From Curvularia clavata (lineage: Eukaryota): a DNA stretch of 64,000 nucleotides. Location: positions 1,984,001 through 2,048,000 of the forward strand of contig CP089281.1 of the NCBI GenBank assembly GCA_023920165.1. The letters are read 5' to 3'. Below the pieces are notes generated by a model. That model saw nothing but the letters and a program-made list of their open reading frames with translations, was not told the DNA's origin and did no database searches. Positions within the stretch are counted from its first letter, which is position 1. Every line of letters begins with the position of its first letter. A program made the translations under genes and the position numbers. This document shows, one piece after another, positions 12,270 to 23,793 of this stretch.

Positions 12270-14578
12270 CTAGACTTCTTCAGATGTCTCGATCCAATTC
12301 TTCAGTCTTGCCTTTTCTGGATCTTCATTAATCGCAATCATGCCTGGTAGAGGCCACTGGCTGTGCGAGTGCTCTGCTAGCATCTGTTTGTCAGACTCAC
12401 TGATGATCGCAGCTGTAGCATACGTGCATATCAGTTGTAAGTCCTCAGGTCTCATGCTGGCTTGTAGTTGAGCACCAAGCAGCAGACCATTGTGGTACTT
12501 GAGGCCTTGGGTGGCCAGGCCCTGCGCTGAGAGAATCAAGATGGAGCGGTAGCCAGCCAAAGTGTTAGGATTGATGTCGGATTCTGTCTTAAGATTGCGA
12601 ATGACAGCGTTCCCGATGATTGTCAAGGCGAATGCGATCCATGGATCATAAAACTCCCAACTGTGCCGTGCGTAGTATAAGCAGGTGACCGTCTCTAGCA
12701 TTATCCGCGTTGTGTTAAGAGCTGATCGAGGGTTCTCTTCTGTGCCTAGGCCCAAGGCTTCAGTTTCGTTTAAGCGGCTGCCATCCACAATGAGTTGCAC
12801 AACACTCTGTACAACTTGCCAATACTGAATACTTGGGATGATGTTAGTGCTTTAAGTGCAGTTCAATTGCAAAAGACTGCATTAGAGCAACATCGCAGTC
12901 ATTAGAGATAGAAAGGAACGTACTGTAACATTAGATGAGACGGCAAGAAGAGCATTTCCGGCTGCAGTGGTTCGGGCAGTGTATCCTTCCAATGATCGAG
13001 TTTGCCTTTTAGTATGGCAACATCATCCAGGTTCAACGGTTGTGATGATGGTCTCTTAAACAAAAGCAGCCCTGTCTCATTCATGATTGCATGCAAAGCT
13101 GCCTCTGAATGAAACTTGAACCCAATGTAGGATGGTACTATTTTTTGGTCACGGGGATATTGTAACCAAATCTCTCCATACCACGACTCGTCCAGCTGCG
13201 GGTCTGGTAATGGAATTTGTGGAGGTTGGCTAAAGTGTGGTTGCCGAAAAAAGAAAAAATCGAACATGGCTTGCCAAGAGAAGAGCGCCCATGCCGTAAA
13301 GAGGCGAGCTTTCGCCATGTCCGTGCCTGCGCTGTGGTTGTTGGTTCCAAACAACCCCAGGTCCTCGCTCATCTTGCAAGCCCGCTCTGAATAGATTGCT
13401 CCGATTTCGTCTAAGCCGTTGTTTGTGGTATTGTAACTCATTATCAATGCCGCTTGTATAGTCGTGATGCTGCTCTTTCCTGGCAACGACTCCAAATCCC
13501 AAAGTCGTCTCGCTTCGGCCATGAATCGATAAGTAAGGGAATCCGGGAGCCATATCTTGGACTGGTTCGGGATATCAGAACAGCTTTGCTAGAGGCAGTC
13601 AGCTCTATATCATTCTTAATGGCAAGAGATTCATACACAAGCATTTGCAAGCATAGCATTGACCAGCAACGGTGAGCAGAAGGAAGTCCGACCCGCCGCC
13701 ATGTCATTTAAGAATAGATCCTTGTGCACGAAAGGGCCACAAGGATGAGGGTAGCAGAAGTAGGAGCAGATGAGTCGTCTGAATAAACGATCATCAGAGA
13801 TGACATTGGTCCATGGTGCCGCTGTAACGCTGTCCACTAGTGGCTCAACCAGTTGCGCAGTATGGTACGGAAGCTCGTAAGCGCTCTGGTGGCTACTAGC
13901 AAGCGTTGCACGCTGTCTGTTAGTCTTGATTTTATACTGACCTTGACAAGCGAGACTGCTCTTGTTGGCATTATCAACTCTATCACCTTCGTTTGAGGCG
14001 TCGCAGGGGCTGTTTGAAGGAAGAAATGTAGACATATAGAGCAAGGACTCCAGATATGGATTGCCCGCAACGAAGAGATGGCTGGGCATCTCACTTATCA
14101 GAGGAAATTCATACCGGCGAGTGGTCTCTGGTGCCACAGACAATTGCAGGAGTAGATTCCCATCCCTCGCATGCTTTACGATGGACTCAACATCTGCGCC
14201 AGCTTTCAGGCGAAGAAATATCTTCGCTGCATCTTGCTCATCCATTGTTCTTAGAAGTTCGATAAACTCCTCGTAAACAGATTGTCTTTGCTGTAAACGC
14301 TCGTGTTTCTTCCGAATCTGGCGCGTTTCTGTCGGATTGTAGTGGCACGTTGAGTTACGCCTGGTGCAGGCACCACAAGTTGGCAAGCCATCACACTGGG
14401 CTGCTTAGCTCAATGCAACAATTGTATACTGGGCAGCGAGTAGCAATGTATCTACCTTCAATTTATGCCGGCGGCAGCTCTCGCATGCAGATACTACCTG
14501 TCGCTTCTTCGGACGATCCGCCTCTGGTGGAGGCCTCGATGGCCGTACGGCTGGTAAAAGCGGTCGCAAAGGGTTCAT
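12270..14578 (-). CDS. Zn(II)2Cys6 transcription factor with fungal-specific TF middle domain
   Basis: ACESCRRHKLK-(intron)-CDGLPTCGACTRRNSTC zinc cluster. Downstream exons carry FCSPLLVNAMLA, TIQAALIM and RLFTAWALF. Confidence 0.88.
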
Positions 14579-15729
14579 AATGTGCGTTGCTACCCAGCTC
14601 TAAATATAGTCATGTAGCATATACATATAGATTGAATGTATGTAAAGACGCTCAGGAACCTTCGAAGATCAGGTAGCCCGAGAAGCCATTGAGTGCTGAT
14701 AGCTGGGAACTTCTTCGCGATTGCTGATGATGTAAGCCAGGCCTCGGGGTTTAGCTCCTAACCAATCACATGCTGTTATATGGCATACTTCACGATTCAA
14801 AGGATTAACTCATCTGAGCGGTGTTAACATTTCTTGAGCTGTGTGACTAAGGACTCCAGAATACAATGATTGAATATATGTCGGAGAGCGTCACGTAGTG
14901 TATATGAGATAGGGTAAAGGGGAGGAAAGATTACGTTTAAGCGCGTCACGTGATGCCCAATAGCCATCGTCTTCTAATCTGGACACTCTTGAACACTCAA
15001 TCTTTCATTCCAGATTCAGGAGAGATTCCACTACTTATGATAGTTGTAGGTTAGGTAATATGCCTTGGTTGCATGGTTGCCCGATACTCGTGACTGGGAG
15101 AAGTTTGTTAATACCGGTAGGCAACAGCATTGCATTGCAGCGTTGCATAGACACTTTTGTGGGCTGATATGTCCGAAACGGTCTTCCACGAAGAATTAGG
15201 AGTCTATAACACTTCACTCGAAGGCTTACGGTGCGCCTACTCATCTTCTACCATTTATTTCTGCATTCCACCGCTCTGAACATCATGTGACCTCTATACG
15301 CTTTTCATCATCAAACGGCGGAAGTAGAGTCCATTTTACCACTTTGATTGAACCCATTGCTGTTGTTTTATCCTGCAGGCATGCGGCAAGACAGAATCCA
15401 GACGTACACTTAGTAGGAAAGCTTCAACAGTGAATAATCACACCTTGTCTGCTCCTACTCAGGCCGCTGCGATGGGAATTACGTCTCTAGCAGTCCCATG
15501 TCAAACCAACAACTCTACCTCATCGTTTTGGGACATCGCTAAAGGCCCAAGCTTTTAGCGATTTCATTGCATGGCTATCATTGACACCGTACCGAGAACA
15601 TCATACATCAAACACCTAATAGTGATTTAAAATGATCCAGTCCGTGTTATAAAGATGCTGCTTTCCAGCCGACATGATACCAATCTTGCGCAGTGGCTAG
15701 AAGAGTTAATGGAATTGCGCTTACAAGCG

Positions 15730-16100
15730 TCGCTTACCAAAGCTTACATGCAGCATTTTATCGGAAATTGCGTCTCGTCGGCCGTGGATAAAGAATATCC
15801 TCTTGACTGAGCGGATGGAATGTAAGTCTTTCTCTGGAGCTTGTTTTCTTTTCCCTTACTATGGACTGATGTAATGTTCAGGTTCCGATGGGTGGAGCTC
15901 CAATTGAAACATTTCTGCGACCTAAAGTCGAGACATAGTATAGAGCGGGCGATGTCAAATCCCGCTAGAGCTTCCATTCGCACTGTGAATCATTCATATG
16001 CTACAATCTTCGATCAAATCCTCACAGCGGATTCATTTTCATACAACGTAGCAGCACAGATGTTTCGGCTCATGCTGTGTCTGCACGAGACCATACCCCC
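15730..16100 (+). pseudogene. Remnant of a NACHT-type NTPase (winged-helix region)
   Basis: ADGM-(intron)-FRWVELQL, then YATIFDQI and FRLMLC, resembling the GMFRWV motif of fungal NACHT/ankyrin proteins. No intact flanking ORF. Confidence 0.45.
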
Positions 16101-16739
16101 TCCGCACTACCTGCTGCAGCGTCCATTACATTGGATGGATTGCGGAGTACCCTGGCCATATCCATCTGAAGGAACAGATAGGGGCTTAGCAGGGGTTTCA
16201 ACCAGGTATGTTCGATGGGTTTTGCGGTTGTATCACAATAACCCTATCTATATTCGTAGGCGCTTTACAGTTAGCAGTAGATTCGTTCTTGGCTGGTTTC
16301 AACCTTCGTGTGACCAATCTCAATTATGCCGCATTATTGCACCGCTTTAAAACTCCTATTACAAATGCACCATGTTTTCCTGGCACCTAGAGTAACACCA
16401 CTTAGGTCGTTTGCTATTCTGGGCATGTGAATAGGGAAGTAGGCAAACTGTTATTGAATTTCCCCCCGATTCTCCCAGGTAAAGACTGGAATTTTCCAGT
16501 GAGCCTTTGGAGAGGATCGGCAGCACACGACGATATTTTCGATCAACTCCACTTTTGAAATCTATGTTGAACTCCTGGAGAAGGAAAACAAGCTTTTCTC
16601 ATATTTGGGATAATCTGGCAATTAAACTTGAATGTTTAATATCCCTACACCTTTGAGCCCTAGTATCATGGCCCTTATTTCTCGATCTGATTCTGACCGA
16701 CCTGGTAGTCCAAACGTACTTGCTAATCGAAAAGTTGGC

Positions 16740-17493
16740 CCATGCCGATCTCATCAAACATTAGCATCAAGAACGTGTGAAATAGTTGATGCTTCGCGTA
16801 ACTCTTATTAAACTCGTTAATTCCATCGAAATCAGCTACTTTCTATGTGCGTTCCACTGGCTCCTTTATAGCTGTCGACTATGGATCTTTAGGCGAGCTA
16901 TCGGCGATTAGGCCTCGACGAAGCACGTCATCAGCCAGGACTATACCTCCTACTTTAAGAAGCTGTTTGTTGCCAGATTTTGGGTTCGACAGTGAGTCAA
17001 TAACAGTAAGGTATTCAGAATAGAATGTTTTGTCCGCGTCGTTGGGTACCATGTCAAAAGGATCCGTCAACCCTTCGGCCGGCTTCTTCATAGTTTCACC
17101 GGCATCTCTAACAATCATCTCTACCTTCTTGATTTATTCCTTCTCAAACTTCAGGGTAACAACGTGACCGAAGAACCTATTGCCTCAGCCCGTGCTTAAG
17201 TTGAAAACCCAATGTACGTTACAATCTCGGGAACTAACCCTAGTCAGATATACGTAATACAAGAACATCAACCTCACTCTACCTCGCTTAACTCTCATAG
17301 CTTCTGTAAGCTAGATGTGAAAATTCGCCTGAAACAACGGTAGTATGAAAAAGCATATCTCTTGGGTTTTCATTCCTCACTCATAGTAAGACGTGATTTT
17401 CGAGGGCAGATCGGAAGAACGACTGAAGGCATGATTCCTCACTGCAATGCCGACCTCTTCATTGGGGTAAAGTTGAGTATGAATTTCTGCCAT
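16740..17493 (-). pseudogene. O-methyltransferase family 3 (caffeoyl-CoA OMT-like) pseudogene
   Basis: Fragments TQLYPNEEV, PFDMVPNDADKTFY (cf. FDLIFIDADK) and LLKVGGIVLADDVLRRG are interrupted by stops at 17377 and 16879. Confidence 0.65.
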
Positions 17494-18444
17494 TTTTGAG
17501 TCGAAAGGCGACGAACGAATTGCTGATGGTTGTGATTTGAACAGCGAGCCCTCGAATTTAATTACATGCTCCTTTGCATTCACATGAACCAAAACATCGA
17601 GACCTATTTCTTATCCATTGTAATGTTTGTCTACGCGCCATGCTGCTTTGATTTGCGAAGAAGGCTCAATCATGAGAGCAGGGCCTAAATAGCACCAGCC
17701 CTGTCAGGGGATTGTAATGGGAAAAACTAGCAACACCGGGACTTGCTTCAGTCAGATTCATAGGCTGATTACGTGTATCTATTATGCGGAGCTGATTATC
17801 CTGTACACTGAGGAATTAAAGATTCCAGAAGCGGAGTATCAGTCTCAAATACATGTTTTGGGATTTTCAACTAGCTAGAACCGAGGTAATGTAATGTAGA
17901 GTATTTCTTCTGAATCTTCTCTGATACTTTTCTTTACGCTAATTTCATGACCATAGCAATAGCGGAAAATACTATGCCCAACTATGAGAGTTGTAAACTC
18001 GACTGCAATTTATGGTACTACCTTGGTGCTACTGTTTGAGCGACCGCCAGGAACTGATGCGTTCTGGCCAGTCCAGGGAGAATGCGGAATACGACGTAAG
18101 CCCAGATACTATCTCAAGGGGGCTAGAAAGGCTAATAAGACCGTATCAAATTATCGGCATAGCGTATGTCGGAGTTGGTATTCATCACAGATCATGAATA
18201 GACGATGCCACGAAGTGGTTGCATGTGATGACCCACCAAAAGTGTCAAGTTACCCGACCTAAGCTATCACTCCGACACTGCGGAGTAGAACCTGGCGTAC
18301 TGACGTTCTCCTCCGCCCCCCATCTCCGTTTTCGTCTATCCGCATTGAGATAAGATGTAAACCAAGGTAAGTTTTGTTCCCATAGTTTAAATACCACTCT
18401 ACTCTAGCCCAGACACCACCCTACTCATAAAGTAAGACTGGACC

Positions 18445-19543
18445 TTACTCTTTTTTCCTGCCGGCTTTCTATACCAGTAATAGTGGTTAGAAAAGTAGTT
18501 TTCTAATGTAACCTATAGATATAAAGTTTACTTACTTTCTAGAAAAATATCAATACGAGAAAATTATTGCATTAGTCTATAGTATAAGTATATTGGAGAT
18601 ACTTACGACCTAAAGTAGTAGTAAAGGTTAGTTAAGTGTTTTATTATATAGGTATATCAGATTTACCTACCATCTATACAAGTAGTAGTTATTAGTAGAG
18701 TATCTTGTATTCTATGGTATGGATACGTCAGATTTACTTACATCCTATGTGAGTAGTGGTAATTAATAAAAAGTTCTATGAGATAGTCTATTAGATTGCC
18801 TTACCATCTATATAAGTAATAGTTATTAGTAGAGTATTCTATTAACATGTTATATCAGCATGTTATATTTACTTACGATCTGAAGCAAAGTAGTTAACTG
18901 TTAGTAAATTATCTAATTAGTCGCCAGGAAAGATATATCCATTTACTCACCTTCTATAATATTTGTTTTCATTAGTAAATTCATTTATGAGTGTCTTTTG
19001 AAAGGTATAGAGATTTCTTACAGCCTATACGTGTAGTAGTTATCAGTAAGAGGTCTTCTTAATCTACTGTTTACTTATATTAGATTTAACGACTTACAAT
19101 CTACATCCATCAATTTTATTAGCAAAGCATCTTATCAGTCTGTGTATTGAGTAGTTATGTTAAGACCACTTACAGCCTGTACCAGTGATTGTTAGTAAAG
19201 TACTAAATATGTACATAATGTAGATAAATAGGGTTTAATTACACTCTATATCAATATTAGTCTATTACATCAATACCTCAGATTGACTTACTTTCTATAT
19301 CACCAGCAGTTATAAACAAATTATTACTTTAACGTATCGCGTATATAATTAGTATTTGCTTACATCCTATATTAGTAGAAGTAGTAATTAGCAAATTATC
19401 TTATTAGTCTGTTGTGGGAATACATGGGATTTACTTACGTCTCTGACCTGAACAGTGTTCCTCTGAATGTTTTCTTCCTCTCGCGCATTTGAGACTCCAT
19501 ACATAAGAGGTAGTAACATACTTAAGAGTATAAAGAATCTCAT
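18445..19543 (-). CDS. Micro-exon gene: 15 exons (105 nt, thirteen 3-nt exons, 24 nt) encoding a predicted 55-aa secreted peptide precursor
   Basis: Exon 1 (19543-19439) = MRFFILLSMLLPLMYGVSNAREEENIQRNTVQVRD. Then 3-nt exons with plus-strand low coordinates 19364, 19292, 19243, 19174, 19098, 19022, 18951, 18877, 18805, 18742, 18671, 18607, 18536 = D,K,S,A,I,A,K,I,M,D,M,V,K. Last exon (18468-18445) = KAGRKKE*. All 14 introns are phase-0 GT..AG, 46-73 nt. Confidence 0.8.
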
Positions 19544-19655
19544 GTTAGGCTCTTATAGCTGGAAAAATGTAATTCTTGTAATGTAGATAGAAAGTAATTG
19601 CGCGATTCACAGTTGTCGAAACTTTTAATTTCTAAAGTTAGAAGAATAATATACA

Positions 19656-19662
19656 TTTTATA
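19656..19662 (-). promoter_or_regulatory. Candidate TATA box of the micro-exon gene
   Basis: TATAAAA on the minus strand ~113 bp upstream of the ATG at 19543. The AT-rich context weakens the signal. Confidence 0.35.
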
Positions 19663-20804
19663 GGCACCGGTAGTTATAAAGAATATAGGTATTATCTCTA
19701 GAGGTGGGGCCGTTACAGATGCCGATGATAATATAGGGGTTTAGTACAAGCCTAGCGAATAGCTAAGCAGTCTAGTCAAGATTCGCTTTTGATAGCAGCA
19801 TACCCAATAAGATAAAAGCAAAGATACTGGTTAATATCATGAGATTTAGACATGATAATAGCTCTTGAGCCTCTATCAGATACACATCGGGCCCCCATCG
19901 GGTACCTCTCATGTACCGATCCCGATACAAAACTTTAGTCTGCAGCCATGGTAGGTTTTTATAGCTATAGCTCTGATATTAGACTAGCAAATCATATACT
20001 TTTGTAGATATTATAGTTATCTAGAGATTCCTATGTATTACATTTACATATGCATTAGTCACACTACTATTAAGATTCTAAGAGACTTTACTTAACATAT
20101 ATCTAGATATAGATCTTAGTAATTTTAGGATTTTAATGAGATTTTAGGTAGCGCACTTAGCTATATAATGTATGTGCCTGTGAGATATGTTATAAAAGAA
20201 GGATATATCACGCCTAAGCATAGTTGATCAGCTCTCTTGTTAGTGTTAGAGAATGATGCGCTGAGAGAACCAGAGCTGCAAAGTAGATACGCATTACACT
20301 TAGCTATGTTCAAGAACACGAAAGACAAACCAAAAGTCTAGAAGAGAAAGCGTTCTGTTATACTGAGCATCCCGGAACTCTTCCATCGACATCAGCGCAA
20401 TTATTGTGTCTTGGAGACAGCACAGCAGGAGCGGGTACTTATTTATAGCTAGCACGTGAACTAAAGTATTAATCTGGGGGTTATCGTGTGGGTATCAGCC
20501 AAGTCCGGGTTTCTAGCCCGATGGCCTGGCATCAGGCCTTCCATGATCTTATTCCCTTTCCTAGCACCTACCGCTACGCCTGTGTAATATGTGCAGCTAT
20601 CCCTTTACACCAATTACAGAACAAGAAGCCGAGCAAGAAAGAACAGAGTGTAAAGATAAACATTGTCGTTGCCGATTCTAGCCGGTAATGAACAAACAGC
20701 TATGCAGATGCTCAGATCCGATAATATATACACATTAGAAGACGAAAATCTCATCTTCAAGACTAATAATTTGCACACACGAAAGGTCTCTACAAGATCA
20801 TCAT

Positions 20805-21434
20805 CTAAGCAGGAGCAGAAGAGTAGAGGCACTTCTTGGGCTCGGCCTCCTTGAGCGCCTTCATGGTGAAGGGAGTGCATCCCTCAGAACCAGCAGGCTT
20901 GTCGACACCAGAGAGCCAGATCTTCCAGCCTCCGCCAACAGCGCCAGGGCAAGCCTGGAAGCCAACATCGCCAGTCAGACCACCAGCAGCGAAGACGAGG
21001 TCACCATCGTCGTTGATCTTGAAGGGGCCGCGCTCCTGGTTCTTGCCAATGGGCTGGACACCGGTGGAGTAGCGGACATTGCCCTGGCCCATGCCGCTGC
21101 GGTCGACGTACAGCTGGAGAGGAGGGTTGAAGGTATAGATGTAGACGCTGCCATCATTCTCATCGAGTGAGAAGGAGGCGTAGTTGATGCCGCTGGTGGT
21201 ATTGTCGCGGTCGCCGTTGACGATACAGGTCTTGTTGTTCTGGTCGGGCGAATTGATGACGAGACTGCCGTCCTTGGCTTGGACGTTGCCGTACTGGATG
21301 GCGGTACCAGTGCGCAGAGACATCAGACGGAAGACGTCGCCAGCCTCGGGGCGAGGGAAGGGAAGAGAGGCTTGGGGAAGAGCGGAGGAGATGGCGGCCA
21401 TGGAGGCAGCGGCGGCGGCGGCGGTGAACTTCAT
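20805..21434 (-). CDS. phiA: PhiA-like secreted cell wall protein
   Basis: Signal peptide plus QLYVDRSGMGQG, GFQACP and GCTPF motifs. Strong codon bias suggests high expression. Confidence 0.75.
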   Translation of the reverse strand: MKFTAAAAAASMAAISSALPQASLPFPRPEAGDVFRLMSLRTGTAIQYGNVQAKDGSLVINSPDQNNKTCIVNGDRDNTTSGINYASFSLDENDGSVYIYTFNPPLQLYVDRSGMGQGNVRYSTGVQPIGKNQERGPFKINDDGDLVFAAGGLTGDVGFQACPGAVGGGWKIWLSGVDKPAGSEGCTPFTMKALKEAEPKKCLYSSAPA

Positions 21435-22620
21435 GGTGATGGTTTAGAGGTGATGTTATTGAAGTGTGGAAGTGGTAGTTGTAGTGATTAATTATTGGTG
21501 TGGGATTGATAAGTTGGTGTTTGGATGGAAGTCTACAAAGAGAGCATCCCATCTCTCATATATACAAATGCCATCTCGTATTTACTCCCCTTGTCCTACA
21601 TCATCTCACAATCAAAGCTTGTCCCCAGCGAGGCTCAGCAGTGCCCATGCTTGGCGCCGACGACCAAAGTGCAACGTTATGACTTCATCCAATGATAAAT
21701 TATCGTATCCCCAGTTTTGTGACCCTGAAATGGCCAGCACCGGCTGTGGCGTGGCCCCCACCCATGACGATCTAAGAAGGTTTCGGGCAGGAATGACGCA
21801 CAACCGCCACTGTATTTCCCCGAAGTGCTTGGCAAACATCCGAAAGAGGTAAAGCGCGACCACTTCTCAAACTCTAATTGGTGACGGCCTCGGCCGATAC
21901 ACTGCTCAAAATAGAAACAGTAATATCGTCTCTAGAAAACAGTTATGCCGAGGATATGCCTTTCAAACTAAATGTTTGCGTTAGGACACAGACATCTCTA
22001 GTCAAATACTATAGCAGATCACAAGACGATATTACTCTAAAACTATGGAGATAAACAACTGGGACTGGACGAAATTCTGGCCCTGACCAATACGAGGCAC
22101 GATATGCCAAGACCTAGTTAGTTTAGGTTAATCCAGCCCTGTTTGCTCTAACCCTGCTTTTGCTAGTCAGCAAGGGAGTAACTAGTTAGGGCTATATAAC
22201 CCCAGTAATCGCTAGAGAGTTTCGCTAGAGATTCGTCTCGTGAATATACGACTGTTTACACGTGATTTGTTCTTGTCCAGCCGGTATTGTGCTCACATCC
22301 GACCGAAAGTCTAACACCTAGCAGGGGGTAGGCGCCTATGCAACTTCGCAACTTCCCCGCTAGGACATACAAGTAAACAGCGCCCAGCGCTTACTTCCTC
22401 CGCCAAACACCGTTATTGAGTTACAGCTAATACTAACACGCTTACCTGCTCTTATCGGCTTCTGTCTTGTTTCCACATTTTTATCATGTTACCAGAGTTT
22501 ACCTGCAATCTGCTGGAGACCCTCCCCCTACCACCCTGGAAAGAGGAACTAGTCTGGAACCTCCACGCAACAAACAAATGGGAGAAGCGAATTCCGTTTT
22601 CGTACTACGTGCAGCCTACA

Positions 22621-23793
22621 ATGAGTACTACTACATATGCCTCTAGGCGACAAGCGACATTCTTCCACCAATTCAGCTTGCTTCCAGCGGAGTTACAGTT
22701 CCGTGTTCTTAGCTTTTGTCCAGCCACTACTCTTTTCCAGCTTATGCGCGTCTCTTCTGTTCTACGTACTGAAGCGTCAAAGCTCTTTTGGTCAAATCCA
22801 GATGCATATTTTCTTGTAGAGGCATACTGGCTTCTGAATGGAGGCTTCCCTGGCTATCACTGCTACGATCCAGCTTTCCTTGAAAATGTGCAGAATGTGG
22901 AGATTGAGTACGAGCCTAGCACGAATAATGAAATCTGGCCACGTTTCACTGGGAACAGTAAGATTCGACTAGACCTGATCAGTACCTTTTGGGAAAGCGT
23001 AAAATGGAGGTTTCCCCAAGTGAAGAAAATAGTCATAAACCAGAACGGTGAGCCTAGAATATGGAAGAGCGCCGACACAGTTCCACCACCGCTGCAAGCC
23101 TTAGTAGAGGCATGTCCTCCCACAATCGATATCCGTGTTCTCGTCTCAGAGAGAAAACCTCTTCCTAACGCTGAAATCAATACCGAAATCCAACCTGTAA
23201 CGACTTGGCAGAGATCTGTCTATCAGTTCACGTCGACTCACACGTGGACGAAAGTGGAATCTAGGCATAGTCAGACAATTCTTCTGCCCATAGGTCAATT
23301 TGATGGACTAGTTGGGAGGTTTGAAATGCTTAAACAGAGATGCGCAAGGATTCGGCTTCAACGTTACGGCCTCTGGCCTCTTGCTATCCAAGCTCTCGAT
23401 CGCCATCATTTCGACAGCGGCAGAAACAACCCTTTCGCGTGCCCATGGCCGGCTTGCGATGCATACTTCGACAGGGCTGGAGCATGGACTACACATGCGG
23501 CCATATCCCATTACCATTATCCAAGTCAGCTCAGTATCCTTCCGGATGATATACAATCACTATGGGAGCAACATGTGGGTTTACTAGAAGAGAGTCAAAA
23601 ACAAGCGAAGACTCAGTTTAGGAAAATTCGGGAAGAGTGGGAAAATGCAGGGCTAGATGGGAGAGGCATGATAGAGCGTACTTGGAGAGAGCAGCTGGGG
23701 ACTGATAACCGACGGGACGCGTCTAGCCAGGAAACAAGAGAGAACAAAACATGGGAAAGCTTTGTAAACTGGGCAAATGGAGACGACTACTAG
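22621..23793 (+). CDS. F-box-like hypothetical protein with a C-terminal C2H2-like motif
   Basis: FHQFSLLPAELQFRVLSFC is F-box-like, and CPWPACDAYF...WTTHAAISH is C2H2-like. The start may instead be the ATG at 22486. Confidence 0.65.
   Translation: MSTTTYASRRQATFFHQFSLLPAELQFRVLSFCPATTLFQLMRVSSVLRTEASKLFWSNPDAYFLVEAYWLLNGGFPGYHCYDPAFLENVQNVEIEYEPSTNNEIWPRFTGNSKIRLDLISTFWESVKWRFPQVKKIVINQNGEPRIWKSADTVPPPLQALVEACPPTIDIRVLVSERKPLPNAEINTEIQPVTTWQRSVYQFTSTHTWTKVESRHSQTILLPIGQFDGLVGRFEMLKQRCARIRLQRYGLWPLAIQALDRHHFDSGRNNPFACPWPACDAYFDRAGAWTTHAAISHYHYPSQLSILPDDIQSLWEQHVGLLEESQKQAKTQFRKIREEWENAGLDGRGMIERTWREQLGTDNRRDASSQETRENKTWESFVNWANGDDY

Noticed and set aside
18400..19700. AT-rich block read as a RIP-degraded transposon, simple minisatellite or CRISPR-like array
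   Set aside because: The conserved parts are exactly the splice donor, branch and acceptor signals with invariant 3-nt gaps, in frame with a signal-peptide exon. There are no identical repeats or transposon motifs, and the DNA is eukaryotic.
22100..22260. Possible transposon remnants here, at ~24420-24550 and at ~26380-26620
   Set aside because: Repeat-like composition, but I could not define termini, target-site duplications or a second full copy in the window.
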